Part shown: positions 42,375 to 51,488 of the stretch, in pieces
How the letters are laid out: the number at the start of each line of letters is the position of its first letter
Numbering within the stretch: the first letter of the stretch is position 1
Source: an uncultured Acidobacteriota bacterium
Lineage (GTDB): Bacteria > Acidobacteriota > Thermoanaerobaculia > UBA5066 > Gp7-AA6
Direction: 5' to 3'
Length of the DNA: 64,000 nucleotides
Assembly (NCBI GenBank): GCA_963733955.1
Contig: CAVTEW010000003.1
Coordinates: 3,104,037 to 3,168,036, forward strand
Notes under the pieces: model-generated
What the model was told of the DNA's origin: nothing
The model's database searches: none
What the model saw: only the letters and a program-made list of their open reading frames with translations
Made by a program: the position numbers and the translations under genes

Positions 42375-44337
42375 GGGGCTCCTTCCACGCCGCGCGCTGG
42401 GCGGCGAGCCAGACGATCCCGGCCAGGCCGAGCGCGAGACCGACCGTTGCGGTCCAGACGTGCGGAGGCGGAAGCGGACGGACGCTGTAGAACCGATCGT
42501 TGACGCCCGCGACGGCCATGAGAAAGAGGAAGACGAAGAGGGTCAGGAACGCGCCGATGGGCCGGTCGGCCACGTCGCGGTGGGTCCCCGGGAGGAAGAA
42601 CGTGGCCAGGCGGCAGCTCCACTCCCGCTGCCGCACACGCCAGCGGATCTCCCGCGTCTGGGCCACGTGCGCCTCGATCCCCACGGGCTCCTTGCGCATG
42701 TGCAGGTTCACGCAGTCGGAGCAGTACAACACCGGATCGCCGGGGCGCTTGCACCAGGGACAAAACGCCTTCCCGCACTTGGCGCACTCCGAGGCGAGGA
42801 TCTCCCGCGAATCGAGAGCGCCGGCGAACAGGAGAGCCAGAGCCAGGATCACCCAGGGCCCCAGCGTGAAGACGGAGAACAGCAGGTCCTGGATCCGGAC
42901 CGGGGGCGCGTGCCCGGGCAAGCGCCGGCTCTTGGCCTGGCCGTTCCAGTCCTCCACTTTGCGCAGAGCGCGGTCCAGGGAGTACGGGGCCGGGAGGACG
43001 CGCGCCAGGATGGGGTGTTCCGTCCATCCGCGCACCCGCGTCTCCGACAGCTCCCGGGCCTTGGCCATCGCCGCGGCCTGCCCGGGGAAATCGTAGGCTT
43101 CTCCGCGGGCGATGGAGAGGTTGTAGTAGATCTCCGGCGAGCGGGGCGACCGCTGCGCCGCCGCCTCGTAGTCGCGAATCGCCTCAGGAAAATCCCCCTC
43201 CTGGAAATGGACGTTGCCCCGGTTCAGGAACGGCCGATAGTCGCGGGGATCCGCATGGATGGCGTGCTCGTAGGCGGCGATGGCCCGTTCCGGATCGTTG
43301 GACCGCTCGGCGTACATTCCGAGCAGAAACCACACGTCGGGGTCCTCGGCGAACACCGCGGAGGCCTGGCGCAGCCCGTCCTCCGCGCTCCCGTCCTCCC
43401 TCTGCTCCTCCAGATCGACCGCGGCGACGTAGAGCGGAGAGCGCTGGATGATGTTCTCACGCGCCACCAGCGCCATCGCCGCCGGAAGCAGGCCGAGAGT
43501 CACCAGCCCGATTCCCAGGATCCAGCGCTCGACCTTCGATCCGAAGGGAAAGACCAGAGCGCTCCAGCAGAGCCCGGCCCAGAAGGGCCCCAGTCCGAAC
43601 GCGAACGGCAGAACCAGGAAGGCCAGGATCAGCGGAAACGCCGCGCGGCCGCCCAGACGGCGCCCGGCGATCTCCGAGAGATTGTGGGAAATCCGCGGGT
43701 AGTGGTGCACCACCATGGCCAGGGCGAACCCGATCACCGCGGCCGCGAACCCGACCGTGGCCCAGACGGCCAGGCACGACAGCAGCGCCAGCCGCGACTC
43801 GCGCGTTTCCGACAGAGTCGCGGCGAGATCCGGAAGGGCCCGCACCGCCTCGAGGTAGGCACCCTGGCGAACGAGGAAACCGATCCGGGCGGCCTGCGCG
43901 TCGGGATTGGCGTCGTCCAGGGCCGTGGCCGCGGCGTAGGCGCGGCGCGCGCGCTCGATCCGACCGAGAGCTTCCGCCTTGCGCCCTTCATGAACCGCGG
44001 TGCGGGAAAAATCGGAGAGACGGTGAATGCCCGCGGCCCGCGCGGTCTTCTGCATGTCCGCCAGCGCGGCCGCCGCGGTCTTGGCGTCGTCCTCCAGGTG
44101 GGCGTTCAAGAACTCGAACCACCGGGAGCGGTACAGGCTGCGCGTCACCGGCGGCGGAAGCGGCGAGATTTCCTGAGCCGGCAGGCGCGCCGCCGCGGCT
44201 CCAGCCAGCCACAGCCCGGCGAACAGACCGCGAACGAGCGCGGACCTGCCAGCGGATCTCACCGCGCGACCGCCCTCGTCCACGGCTTCCTTTCGATCTC
44301 CGATTTCCGGTGTCCTGTTCGCGTCCGCCCGCGTCAC
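42364..44337 (-). CDS. TPR-repeat membrane protein with C-terminal double CxxC zinc ribbon
   Basis: 657 aa. TPR-like helices (AIAAYEHAIHADPRDYRPFLNRGNVHFQEGDFPEAIRDYEAA), several TM segments, and CAKCGKAFCPWC...CSDCV. Confidence 0.55.
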   Translation of the reverse strand: MTRADANRTPEIGDRKEAVDEGGRAVRSAGRSALVRGLFAGLWLAGAAAARLPAQEISPLPPPVTRSLYRSRWFEFLNAHLEDDAKTAAAALADMQKTARAAGIHRLSDFSRTAVHEGRKAEALGRIERARRAYAAATALDDANPDAQAARIGFLVRQGAYLEAVRALPDLAATLSETRESRLALLSCLAVWATVGFAAAVIGFALAMVVHHYPRISHNLSEIAGRRLGGRAAFPLILAFLVLPFAFGLGPFWAGLCWSALVFPFGSKVERWILGIGLVTLGLLPAAMALVARENIIQRSPLYVAAVDLEEQREDGSAEDGLRQASAVFAEDPDVWFLLGMYAERSNDPERAIAAYEHAIHADPRDYRPFLNRGNVHFQEGDFPEAIRDYEAAAQRSPRSPEIYYNLSIARGEAYDFPGQAAAMAKARELSETRVRGWTEHPILARVLPAPYSLDRALRKVEDWNGQAKSRRLPGHAPPVRIQDLLFSVFTLGPWVILALALLFAGALDSREILASECAKCGKAFCPWCKRPGDPVLYCSDCVNLHMRKEPVGIEAHVAQTREIRWRVRQREWSCRLATFFLPGTHRDVADRPIGAFLTLFVFLFLMAVAGVNDRFYSVRPLPPPHVWTATVGLALGLAGIVWLAAQRAAWKEPHGS

Positions 44338-44852
44338 TTCGTCGGGCGCCGCGAGATTTCCACGAAGGCCAGCCGCAGCTCGTAGAGCACCTTCGACAAG
44401 AAATCCGACTCTTCGAACGAGAGGTTGCTCCGGGTCTTCTGTTCCAGGACGGACAGCCAGTCGACCATCTGGCGCGCCGCGGTCAGGTCCCGGTGCGAAC
44501 GGCCGGCCGCGTCCGGCAGAAGGCCGAGCGCGGCGTAGGCGTTGGTGGCGATCCAGCCCACCAGAGACCCGAATCCGGTGTGGGGCTCTTTGAGCTCACC
44601 GGGTTCTCCGGAGTCTCCAGGCCCGGCGGGCGATTCGGGCGCTTGCGCCGGTCCGGCCGGACCCGTCCCGGCCTCCTCCCGCGCCGTCGCCGGAGCCTCC
44701 CGGGCCCGGGACGCCGCCGGCTGGGCCGCAGGAGGAGGAGGAGAAGGAGGCTCTGGCCTGTCCTCGGCCTCGAAACCCGGACGCAGCTCCCCCTCGGGCG
44801 TGAACATGCGCCGGTCGACGACGCGGATCGGTTTTTCCTCCTGCTCGGCCAT
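44334..44852 (-). CDS. DUF1844-like small protein
   Basis: MAEQEEKPIRVVDRRMF N-terminus and an acidic/Pro-rich linker. It is the first gene of a three-gene minus-strand operon with overlapping stops and starts. Confidence 0.45.
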   Translation of the reverse strand: MAEQEEKPIRVVDRRMFTPEGELRPGFEAEDRPEPPSPPPPAAQPAASRAREAPATAREEAGTGPAGPAQAPESPAGPGDSGEPGELKEPHTGFGSLVGWIATNAYAALGLLPDAAGRSHRDLTAARQMVDWLSVLEQKTRSNLSFEESDFLSKVLYELRLAFVEISRRPTK

Positions 44853-44967
44853 GGTGTGAAAGAAATCTTAACCCGGAACCTTTCGCCTGTCCCGGAAAAG
44901 GGAGACCGCGGCCCCGGAGTCCTGCGGCAATCCTGCCGCGCGGTCGACGGCGCATAGAATCCCGAAC

Positions 44968-45741
44968 GTGACGGACCCTCTGCGAGACCTGGCGTCGCTG
45001 GTGGAGAAGCTGCGCCGGGAGTGTCCCTGGGACCGCGAGCAGACGCTGGACACCGCCAAGACGTTTCTTCTCGAAGAGTGCCACGAGGCCCTGGAGGCCC
45101 TCGACGCCGGCGAGCCCGGCCGCGTCCGGGAAGAGCTCGGGGACCTCCTCTTCCAGGTCTTCTTCGTCGCCCAGATGGCCGCCGATCGCGGCTGGTTCGG
45201 CGCCGACGACGTCGCCGCGGGGATCACCGAAAAGATGATCGCCCGCCATCCGCACGTCTTCGGAGAGGCCCAGGCACGCGACGCCGGCGAGGTCAAGCGC
45301 AACTGGGAAGAGCGCAAGCGCAAGGAGAAAGGGACGCAAGCCGACCCGCTGGGGAGCATTCCGGCCACGCTGCCCGCGGTGGCGGCGGCCTACCGCATGA
45401 CCTCGCGAGCGGCGGACCTGGGCTTCGACTGGGAGCGGGACGCCGACGTCGCCGCGAAGATCGAAGAGGAGCTGGCGGAGTGGCGGACCGCGGCGGAGCT
45501 GGCCGACCGGGCCGGCGAGGAGAAAGAGATCGGAGACCTCCTGCTCTCGGTGGTGAACCTCGCCCGGCGGCGCCGGATCGACCCGGAGTCCGCGCTGCGG
45601 ATGACCAACGCGCGCTTCCGGGCTCGGTTCGCCCGGGTGTCAGGGCTGGCGCACGCGTCGGGGCGGGAGATCTCGAAGATTCCCGCCGCGGAGCTCGACG
45701 GATACTGGGAGAAGGCCAAGGACGAAGAATCGGGTGATTGA
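44968..45741 (+). CDS. mazG: nucleoside triphosphate pyrophosphohydrolase MazG
   Basis: Two EExxE-type MazG repeats (LLEECHEALEAL, EELGDLLFQV; IEEELAEW, EIGDLLLSVV). Confidence 0.85.
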   Translation: MTDPLRDLASLVEKLRRECPWDREQTLDTAKTFLLEECHEALEALDAGEPGRVREELGDLLFQVFFVAQMAADRGWFGADDVAAGITEKMIARHPHVFGEAQARDAGEVKRNWEERKRKEKGTQADPLGSIPATLPAVAAAYRMTSRAADLGFDWERDADVAAKIEEELAEWRTAAELADRAGEEKEIGDLLLSVVNLARRRRIDPESALRMTNARFRARFARVSGLAHASGREISKIPAAELDGYWEKAKDEESGD

Positions 45742-45800
45742 ATCATCGGGTCATCTTCCATCGATGACCCGATCACCAGATCGCCCGATCGCCCGATTCT

Positions 45801-46715
45801 TCATTTCACCAGGTCTCCCACGCGCACCAACGTGACCCCCCGCTGCTCCAGTCTCGGCAGCTCCCGCTCCAGGACCGCCAGCGTGGCTGGATGGGGATGC
45901 CCGATCGCGAGCGCGGATCCTTCCGCGCGGCCCCGCTCGATCAGGCTCGCCAGGGACTTCTCCACCGCGTCCTCGGTCGCCACGTCGTCCAGAAAAACAC
46001 GGCGCGAGACCGCCGGAACGCCCGCGGCCCGCGCTTCGTCCGCGGCCACGGTCGCTTCGGTGGTGCGGCTGTCCACGAAGAAGAGGCTCCGATCGGACAG
46101 CACGCGCATGACCGCGCGCATGACGCGCGGGTCCGCCGTGGCCGCCGATCCCATGTGGTTGTTCACTCCCACCGCGCCCGGCACCGAGTCGAGGTCCGCG
46201 CGGAGGGTCTGGCCGATCTCCCGATCGCTCTGGGCCAGCAACAGGACGCCCGGTCCGGGGCGCACCGACGGAAACCCCTTCGGCTCCATCGGGAGATGCA
46301 GCAGGACCTGCTTTCCGGAAGACGCGAGCTCGCGCGCGACCCGGGCGCTCGAGGCGAGGCCGGGCAGGACCGCGACGGAGACGGGCTCGGGCCACCGCGC
46401 GATCCGGTCCACCGCGGCGAGGTCGTTGCCCAGATCGTCGATGAGAATGGCCACGCGAGGGCCGGGGCTCGCAAGGACCTCCCGACCTGCCGACCCGGTC
46501 GGTGGCGCGACAGGACGGGGGGACGGGGAGACGTGGAGACGGGGGGGACGGACGCGGGGACGCGGAGACGCGGAGACGCGGGGAGACGGCCCGGGGACGG
46601 GGACGGGAACCTGCCGGGGCGGGCGTGTTTTCAGATAGAGGGCGACGCCGAGAAGAAGGGCGAGAAGGGCAAAGAAGACCGTCGCCGGGGAAACCCGGGA
46701 GCGTCTGCGGCTCAA
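45801..46715 (-). CDS. divergent polysaccharide deacetylase family protein (YibQ-like)
   Basis: RVAILIDDLGN...VAVLPG...LLHLPMEP...NHMGS motifs are typical of the YibQ/DUF610 family. Confidence 0.6.
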   Translation of the reverse strand: MSRRRSRVSPATVFFALLALLLGVALYLKTRPPRQVPVPVPGPSPRVSASPRPRVRPPRLHVSPSPRPVAPPTGSAGREVLASPGPRVAILIDDLGNDLAAVDRIARWPEPVSVAVLPGLASSARVARELASSGKQVLLHLPMEPKGFPSVRPGPGVLLLAQSDREIGQTLRADLDSVPGAVGVNNHMGSAATADPRVMRAVMRVLSDRSLFFVDSRTTEATVAADEARAAGVPAVSRRVFLDDVATEDAVEKSLASLIERGRAEGSALAIGHPHPATLAVLERELPRLEQRGVTLVRVGDLVK

Positions 46716-46739
46716 CGCAACGCCGGCGCGGCGCGGCCC

Positions 46740-47903
46740 TTACGCCGCTCGCCGGCTCGGTGAAGCGCCCCGCACGACCTCCAGGCCGCGAGTCAGGATC
46801 GGATCCTTCGACTCCGCTTCGCCCGGGAACACCAGGACCCGTTCGTCGGGAGCGAGGCCCTTTCCTCCCAGGACCGCGCCCGACGGAGAGACGTAACGCC
46901 CCACCGTCATGTACAGGGTTCCGCCGGCCTCGGTCGCGACGGGCCGCTGCACGATGGCCATGCCCACGGTCGCCTCGCCCACCGTCGTGCCCTCGGCGCG
47001 ATCATGCACGGCCGCGGCGAACACCTCCGCCGGGCCGCCGGTCGCGTCGTCGGTGAGAATCACCGTGCGTCCCTTCCAGGCCCGCTCCCCGGACGCTTCC
47101 AGGGGGGCCAGAACCACCTTGCGCGACACCACCTTGGCGACCGGGCCCTTGCCGGTGAAGACGGCCGCGGCCGGGCCGGCCTGCGCGATTTCCCCGCCGA
47201 TCGTGCCCCGCAGATCGACGATCATGCGCGTGATCGAGCGGCGATTGGCTTCGTCGGCGGCCTGGCGCAGGGCGCCCGCGGACTCCGGGGTGAACGTCGG
47301 AATGCGGACGATGGCCACGTCCCGCTCCCAGCGCGTCGACGCCGCGGGCGGCTGAAAGCGCGAGCGCGCGACGTCGACCTTGACCCGCCGCTCGTCTCCG
47401 CCCCGGAAGAGGAGCAGCTCCACGTGGGACCCTTCCGGGCCCTCCAGGGCGGCCTTGACCTTCCAGAGAGGAGAGTTGCGCACCTGCTTGCCTTCGACGG
47501 TGTCGATCAGGTCTCCCGGCTTGATTCCCGCTTTCTCCGCGGGCGATCCGGGCAGCGGCGCGACGACGTAGGGCAGGCCCCCGCGGCGCGCCAGGACGAT
47601 GCCGGGAGAAATCGCCCCCGAGCTCTCCTGCGCGCGGTAGGCGGCCCGCTCGGAGGCCGGGACATAGTAAGAAAAGGCGTCGAGGGCGTCGGACATGCCG
47701 TCGTAGGAGCCCTGAAGCAGGGTGCGCGTCTCGACCGGCTCGACGTAGTTCTGCCGGGTCAGGCTCAACACGTCCGAGAAGATCGCCAGGGCCCGCGTCG
47801 CGGGGTCGCGCTTGAGCGACGTGGGATTGCTGACCGCGCGGATGGACACCAGCGCGGCCACGGAGCCGACCAGGAACAGAAGACGGGAGCGGTTGGATTT
47901 CAT
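46740..47903 (-). CDS. ctpA: C-terminal processing (S41) peptidase
   Basis: A PDZ domain (GSPAEKAGIKPGDLIDTVEG) followed by the S41 catalytic core. Confidence 0.85.
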   Translation of the reverse strand: MKSNRSRLLFLVGSVAALVSIRAVSNPTSLKRDPATRALAIFSDVLSLTRQNYVEPVETRTLLQGSYDGMSDALDAFSYYVPASERAAYRAQESSGAISPGIVLARRGGLPYVVAPLPGSPAEKAGIKPGDLIDTVEGKQVRNSPLWKVKAALEGPEGSHVELLLFRGGDERRVKVDVARSRFQPPAASTRWERDVAIVRIPTFTPESAGALRQAADEANRRSITRMIVDLRGTIGGEIAQAGPAAAVFTGKGPVAKVVSRKVVLAPLEASGERAWKGRTVILTDDATGGPAEVFAAAVHDRAEGTTVGEATVGMAIVQRPVATEAGGTLYMTVGRYVSPSGAVLGGKGLAPDERVLVFPGEAESKDPILTRGLEVVRGASPSRRAA

Positions 47904-48006
47904 CGTGGCAATGGTAACACCGCCGACCCGCGGCTTTATTCGAAGACGCGGGTGTCAGGATGAAGGAGATGGGGGATGACTCTAACGCCTCCGTCCGATG
48001 GACCAA

Positions 48007-48038
48007 GTCCTACGTCCTACGTCCTACGTCCTACGTCC
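48007..48038. repeat. family-3 heptamer array (GTCCTAC)x4
   Basis: gtcctacgtcctacgtcctacgtcctacgtcc lies between ctpA and the M23 peptidase gene. Confidence 0.65.
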
Positions 48039-48063
48039 TACGTCCCAGATCCTTCGTCCATCC

Positions 48064-49191
48064 TCATCTCAGCCAGGCCACCGGGTCGCTCGCCTTCTGG
48101 CGGTCGCGCACCTCGAAATAGAGGCCCGGCTCGTCGCGGCCGGGGCCGGTGCCGGCCGCCCCCAGGACGGCTCCCGCCGGCACGAAGGAGCCCGCGGAGA
48201 CCGCCACGGACTGGAGCCAGGCGTAGAGGGTGAAGACGCCGTCTCCGTGATCGAGGATCACCAGGTTTCCGTACTCGGCCAGCCACTGGGCGTACGCCGC
48301 GCGCCCTCCGTAGACCGCGCGCACCGGCGTGCCCGCGGGAAGGGCGATGGCGATTCCGTTGGACACGGTCCAGGCGTCGAACTTGGGGTGGCGATGGCGG
48401 CCGAACGTCTCCACGAGCGCTCCGCGAGCGGGCCAATCGAGCACGCCCCGCCATGGCCGGATGCCCGCGGTTCCGTCGGCGGTCTCGCCGGTCGATTGCT
48501 GCGCCAGCGTGGCGAGCAGCCGCTCCAGGCGCTCGGCCTTGTCGGCCAGGATGACGACCTCGTTGCGGTGGGAGGCCGACAGGGTTTTCTCCTGGGCCAG
48601 CAGCGCCTCGCGGTGGCGGCGCAGCGTCGAGAGGTTGGCGAGCTCGCGGCGGCTGCGCTGGAAGACGCCGTCGATGTCCGACTTGAGACGGCTTTCGCGG
48701 GCCACTTCGTCGTCCAGCCGCGTCTGGGCTTGCCGGTACGAGGCCAGCAGAGCGCCGTCCCGCCGCGCGAGATCGTCCAAACGGCCGACTCCCTGGAGGA
48801 AGCCGGCGACGTCGCGCGCCTCCAGGATCACCCGGAAGTATCCGTAGCGGCCGAGCCGATGGAGCAGGCGCGCCCGGGTCAACAGGGCGCGGCCGAAGCG
48901 GTCCGACGCCGCGGCGGCCTGCCCCCGCTCCCGCTCGCTCGACTCGAGCTGGCCGGCCAGGTCGGCGCGGCGCGCCGCCTGCAGCTCGTTCTCCCGCTCG
49001 CCGATCTCGATGCGCAGGTCGAGGCGCCGGACCTCCTCCGCCAGCGTGGCCACGTTCTTCCGGCTCTCGGCGAGCTTCTTCTGGAGGACGCCGATGCGGG
49101 AGCGAATCTGGGTCAGGTCGGTCTGGCGCTGCTCGTCCGGGAGGGGCGTTTGAGGAAGCGCGGTGGAAGAAAGAAACAGGAGTGCAACCAC
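48064..49191 (-). CDS. M23-family peptidase with N-terminal coiled coil (EnvC-like murein hydrolase activator)
   Basis: Long coiled coil, then an M23 LytM domain (...ILDHGDGVFTLY...). The start (GTG 49191 or TTG 49194) lies at the edge of the heptamer element. The upstream part of the ORF is repeat translation. Confidence 0.7.
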   Translation of the reverse strand: MVALLFLSSTALPQTPLPDEQRQTDLTQIRSRIGVLQKKLAESRKNVATLAEEVRRLDLRIEIGERENELQAARRADLAGQLESSERERGQAAAASDRFGRALLTRARLLHRLGRYGYFRVILEARDVAGFLQGVGRLDDLARRDGALLASYRQAQTRLDDEVARESRLKSDIDGVFQRSRRELANLSTLRRHREALLAQEKTLSASHRNEVVILADKAERLERLLATLAQQSTGETADGTAGIRPWRGVLDWPARGALVETFGRHRHPKFDAWTVSNGIAIALPAGTPVRAVYGGRAAYAQWLAEYGNLVILDHGDGVFTLYAWLQSVAVSAGSFVPAGAVLGAAGTGPGRDEPGLYFEVRDRQKASDPVAWLR

Positions 49192-49195
49192 CAAG

Positions 49196-49300
49196 GATTT
49201 GTGATTTGTGATTCGTGATTTGCGATTGCGGCGCGGACGGCGGCATCCGCTCGAAGGTGACTGATCCGCCCCGATCACAAATCGCAAATCGCACATCACC
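49196..49300. repeat. family-2 heptamer inverted-repeat element (GATTTGT arm, 44-bp spacer, ACAAATC arm), flanked by CACCAAGG direct repeats
   Basis: gatttgtgatttgtgattcgtgatttgcgattgcg ... acaaatcgcaaatcgcacatc. The octamer CACCAAGG is present at both borders (49187-49196 and 49297-49304). Confidence 0.7.
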
Positions 49301-49309
49301 AAGGGGCGC

Positions 49310-51430
49310 TCACCAGAGGGACTTCCCCGCGGCATCCTCCGGGGCGGGCGCGCCAATGAGCGCCCGCACCGACGCCGTCGCGTCGGCGATGCCGGGGATC
49401 CGATCGGTCCGGAAGGGCCGGGACGCGAAGAAGACCCCGCGCACCAGGTCGGGATCGAGCGAGCAGTGGTCGCCGCTCCAGACGTCGCGGTTGTCCTCGA
49501 AGATCGTCGACGTGGGCACTCCCAGCGAGGACTGCCAGGAGACGCGGAACGGCGGCCGGTTGGTGACGATCAAGTCCGGAATCAGGCGGGGATCGTAGCG
49601 GCGGTAGACCTCCTCGCGCTTGAAGACCCGCGACACCGCGTGCTCGCCGGTCTTCGGGTCGGTCAGGGCCAGGAGCCTCTGGGTCAGCTCCGTTCTCAAG
49701 CGTTCGTAGTCCGCGCCGGGCTCGACGACGCCGCCGTTTTCGCGCCCCTTCAGATTCACGTACAGGTCCCCCAGGCCCATCGCGTAGGCCCGGGACTTGG
49801 ACCAGTCGACCGACTCCCAGAACTGCCCGCGGGAGAAGAGGGCCTCGAGGCTCTTGCGCTGGGCGCCGCCCTTCATCACCAGGTATCCGTTCTCCACAAG
49901 CCATGTATTGTAATTGACGGAGCGCCTCCAGGTGGCGAAGCCGTGGTCGGACAGGACGATCAGGACGTCTTCCGGCGCCAGCGACCGCGCGGTCTCCCCC
50001 ACGATCTCGTCCATGGTGTCGTAGGTCTTCTCCACGGCGTCGCCGTACTTGGCGGCGAGCGCGGCGTCGTAGGCGGGATGCTCCTTGTCGCGCAGCCGCC
50101 AGAAGACGTGCGCGACCCGGTCGGGAAACTCGAAGTACTGGAAGAGCAGCCGCGAGCGCTCCGCCAGCAGGGCCTTGAGCATCTTGCGGTCCTGCGCGAC
50201 CGTGGACGCGACATCCTCCAGGAAGGCCTGCTCCGGCAGGGTGCCCGACTGCATGGACCAGGTGTCGATGGCCCAGCCCATCGTCTTGAAGCGGCCGAAG
50301 CGGCGGTCGAGCTCCGGGGCGAATCCCGCCGGGGAGGACAGCTCCAGGCCCGGAGGCAGGCGCTGCGGGTCGAACTGGATGGGCGAAAGGTAGAGCGCGA
50401 TCTCGGGGCTGACGCGCTGGAGATAGAAGCGCGCGTAACCGTGGAGGGCGATGAGCGGATTGACCCGGAACGTCAGGGAAACCCAGTCGCTCCAGGTTCC
50501 GGGCGAGAGCTCGCGCTTCTCGCCTCCGGCCTCGATCGTCAGGCGGTCCCGCGAGGCCGGGACGGTCAGCGCCAGGGGAAGCTCGATCGCCCCTTGCCGG
50601 CCGAACGGCTTGCCCGGCGGGCCGGCGATCCGGGTGACCTGGCGTCCCACGTTGGTCTCCAGGCGCACGAGCTCGATGGAGAAATCGTTGCCCTCCCGGG
50701 GCGTGAAGAACGGATCGGAGGTGAAGTAGAACGGTTTGCCGATCCGGCCGGAGAGGTCCGGCACGCCCAGGCCGGAGAGCAGGCGCCCCTGCGCGAAGGT
50801 GTCGGGGGGAAAGGTGACCGGCATCCGCAGCACGGTGGCCGGCCGCGCGCCCGCTTCGCTCCAGAAAGTCTTGCCCTTGCGGTTGTTCTCGACCGCCGGC
50901 CGCGTCGCCGGGACCCAGGCCCGAACCGCCAGAAACGCGCCCACCGCGGCGAGAAGACCCAGGGCCTCGAAGACGGCGAATCCCAGGATCCGGCGCCGCC
51001 ACAGGAAGAGCGCGGCGGGCAGCGTGAAGAGGAGGAAGGCGGCGCCGGCCAGAACCGCCGGATTGGCCCGCCCGAAGTAGAGCGGCTTCTCGGTCTCCTC
51101 GGCCACGGCGAAGGTCGGGATCCGATCGGCGGGGTCTCTCTTGAGGAAATCGAAGATCTCGTGCCCGCCCGGATCGAGGCCGGTGGAGAAGGTGGACCAG
51201 GACACCGGCGTCTGCGCGGGGACCGTGGGCGTCAGCGGCGAGTATCCCCCGCGGGCCTTCAGGGCGGCCAGGTTCGGCAGCCGGCCCGCGGCCATCATCT
51301 GCTCGACCAGATGCGCGTCGACACCGTCGAACCCCAGGATGACGAGTCGGGGAGCGTTGGTCTGATCGGCCGCGGCGGCGCCGGCCACGAACAGGGCGGC
51401 GGCCAGGGCGAAAATCCTCTTGGCGGACAT
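49310..51430 (-). CDS. alkaline-phosphatase-superfamily phosphodiesterase / nucleotide pyrophosphatase (type I PDE family) with internal TM segments
   Basis: Start at MSAKRIF... after the signal. LVILGFDGVDAHLVEQMMAAGRLPNLAAL and later SDHGF match the AlkP/NPP core. Confidence 0.7.
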   Translation of the reverse strand: MSAKRIFALAAALFVAGAAAADQTNAPRLVILGFDGVDAHLVEQMMAAGRLPNLAALKARGGYSPLTPTVPAQTPVSWSTFSTGLDPGGHEIFDFLKRDPADRIPTFAVAEETEKPLYFGRANPAVLAGAAFLLFTLPAALFLWRRRILGFAVFEALGLLAAVGAFLAVRAWVPATRPAVENNRKGKTFWSEAGARPATVLRMPVTFPPDTFAQGRLLSGLGVPDLSGRIGKPFYFTSDPFFTPREGNDFSIELVRLETNVGRQVTRIAGPPGKPFGRQGAIELPLALTVPASRDRLTIEAGGEKRELSPGTWSDWVSLTFRVNPLIALHGYARFYLQRVSPEIALYLSPIQFDPQRLPPGLELSSPAGFAPELDRRFGRFKTMGWAIDTWSMQSGTLPEQAFLEDVASTVAQDRKMLKALLAERSRLLFQYFEFPDRVAHVFWRLRDKEHPAYDAALAAKYGDAVEKTYDTMDEIVGETARSLAPEDVLIVLSDHGFATWRRSVNYNTWLVENGYLVMKGGAQRKSLEALFSRGQFWESVDWSKSRAYAMGLGDLYVNLKGRENGGVVEPGADYERLRTELTQRLLALTDPKTGEHAVSRVFKREEVYRRYDPRLIPDLIVTNRPPFRVSWQSSLGVPTSTIFEDNRDVWSGDHCSLDPDLVRGVFFASRPFRTDRIPGIADATASVRALIGAPAPEDAAGKSLW

Positions 51431-51488
51431 CGTTCCCCGCCAGTTTACAGGGTTCGGACGTCCGAGCGCGTCCCATAGAATCGGAGCG

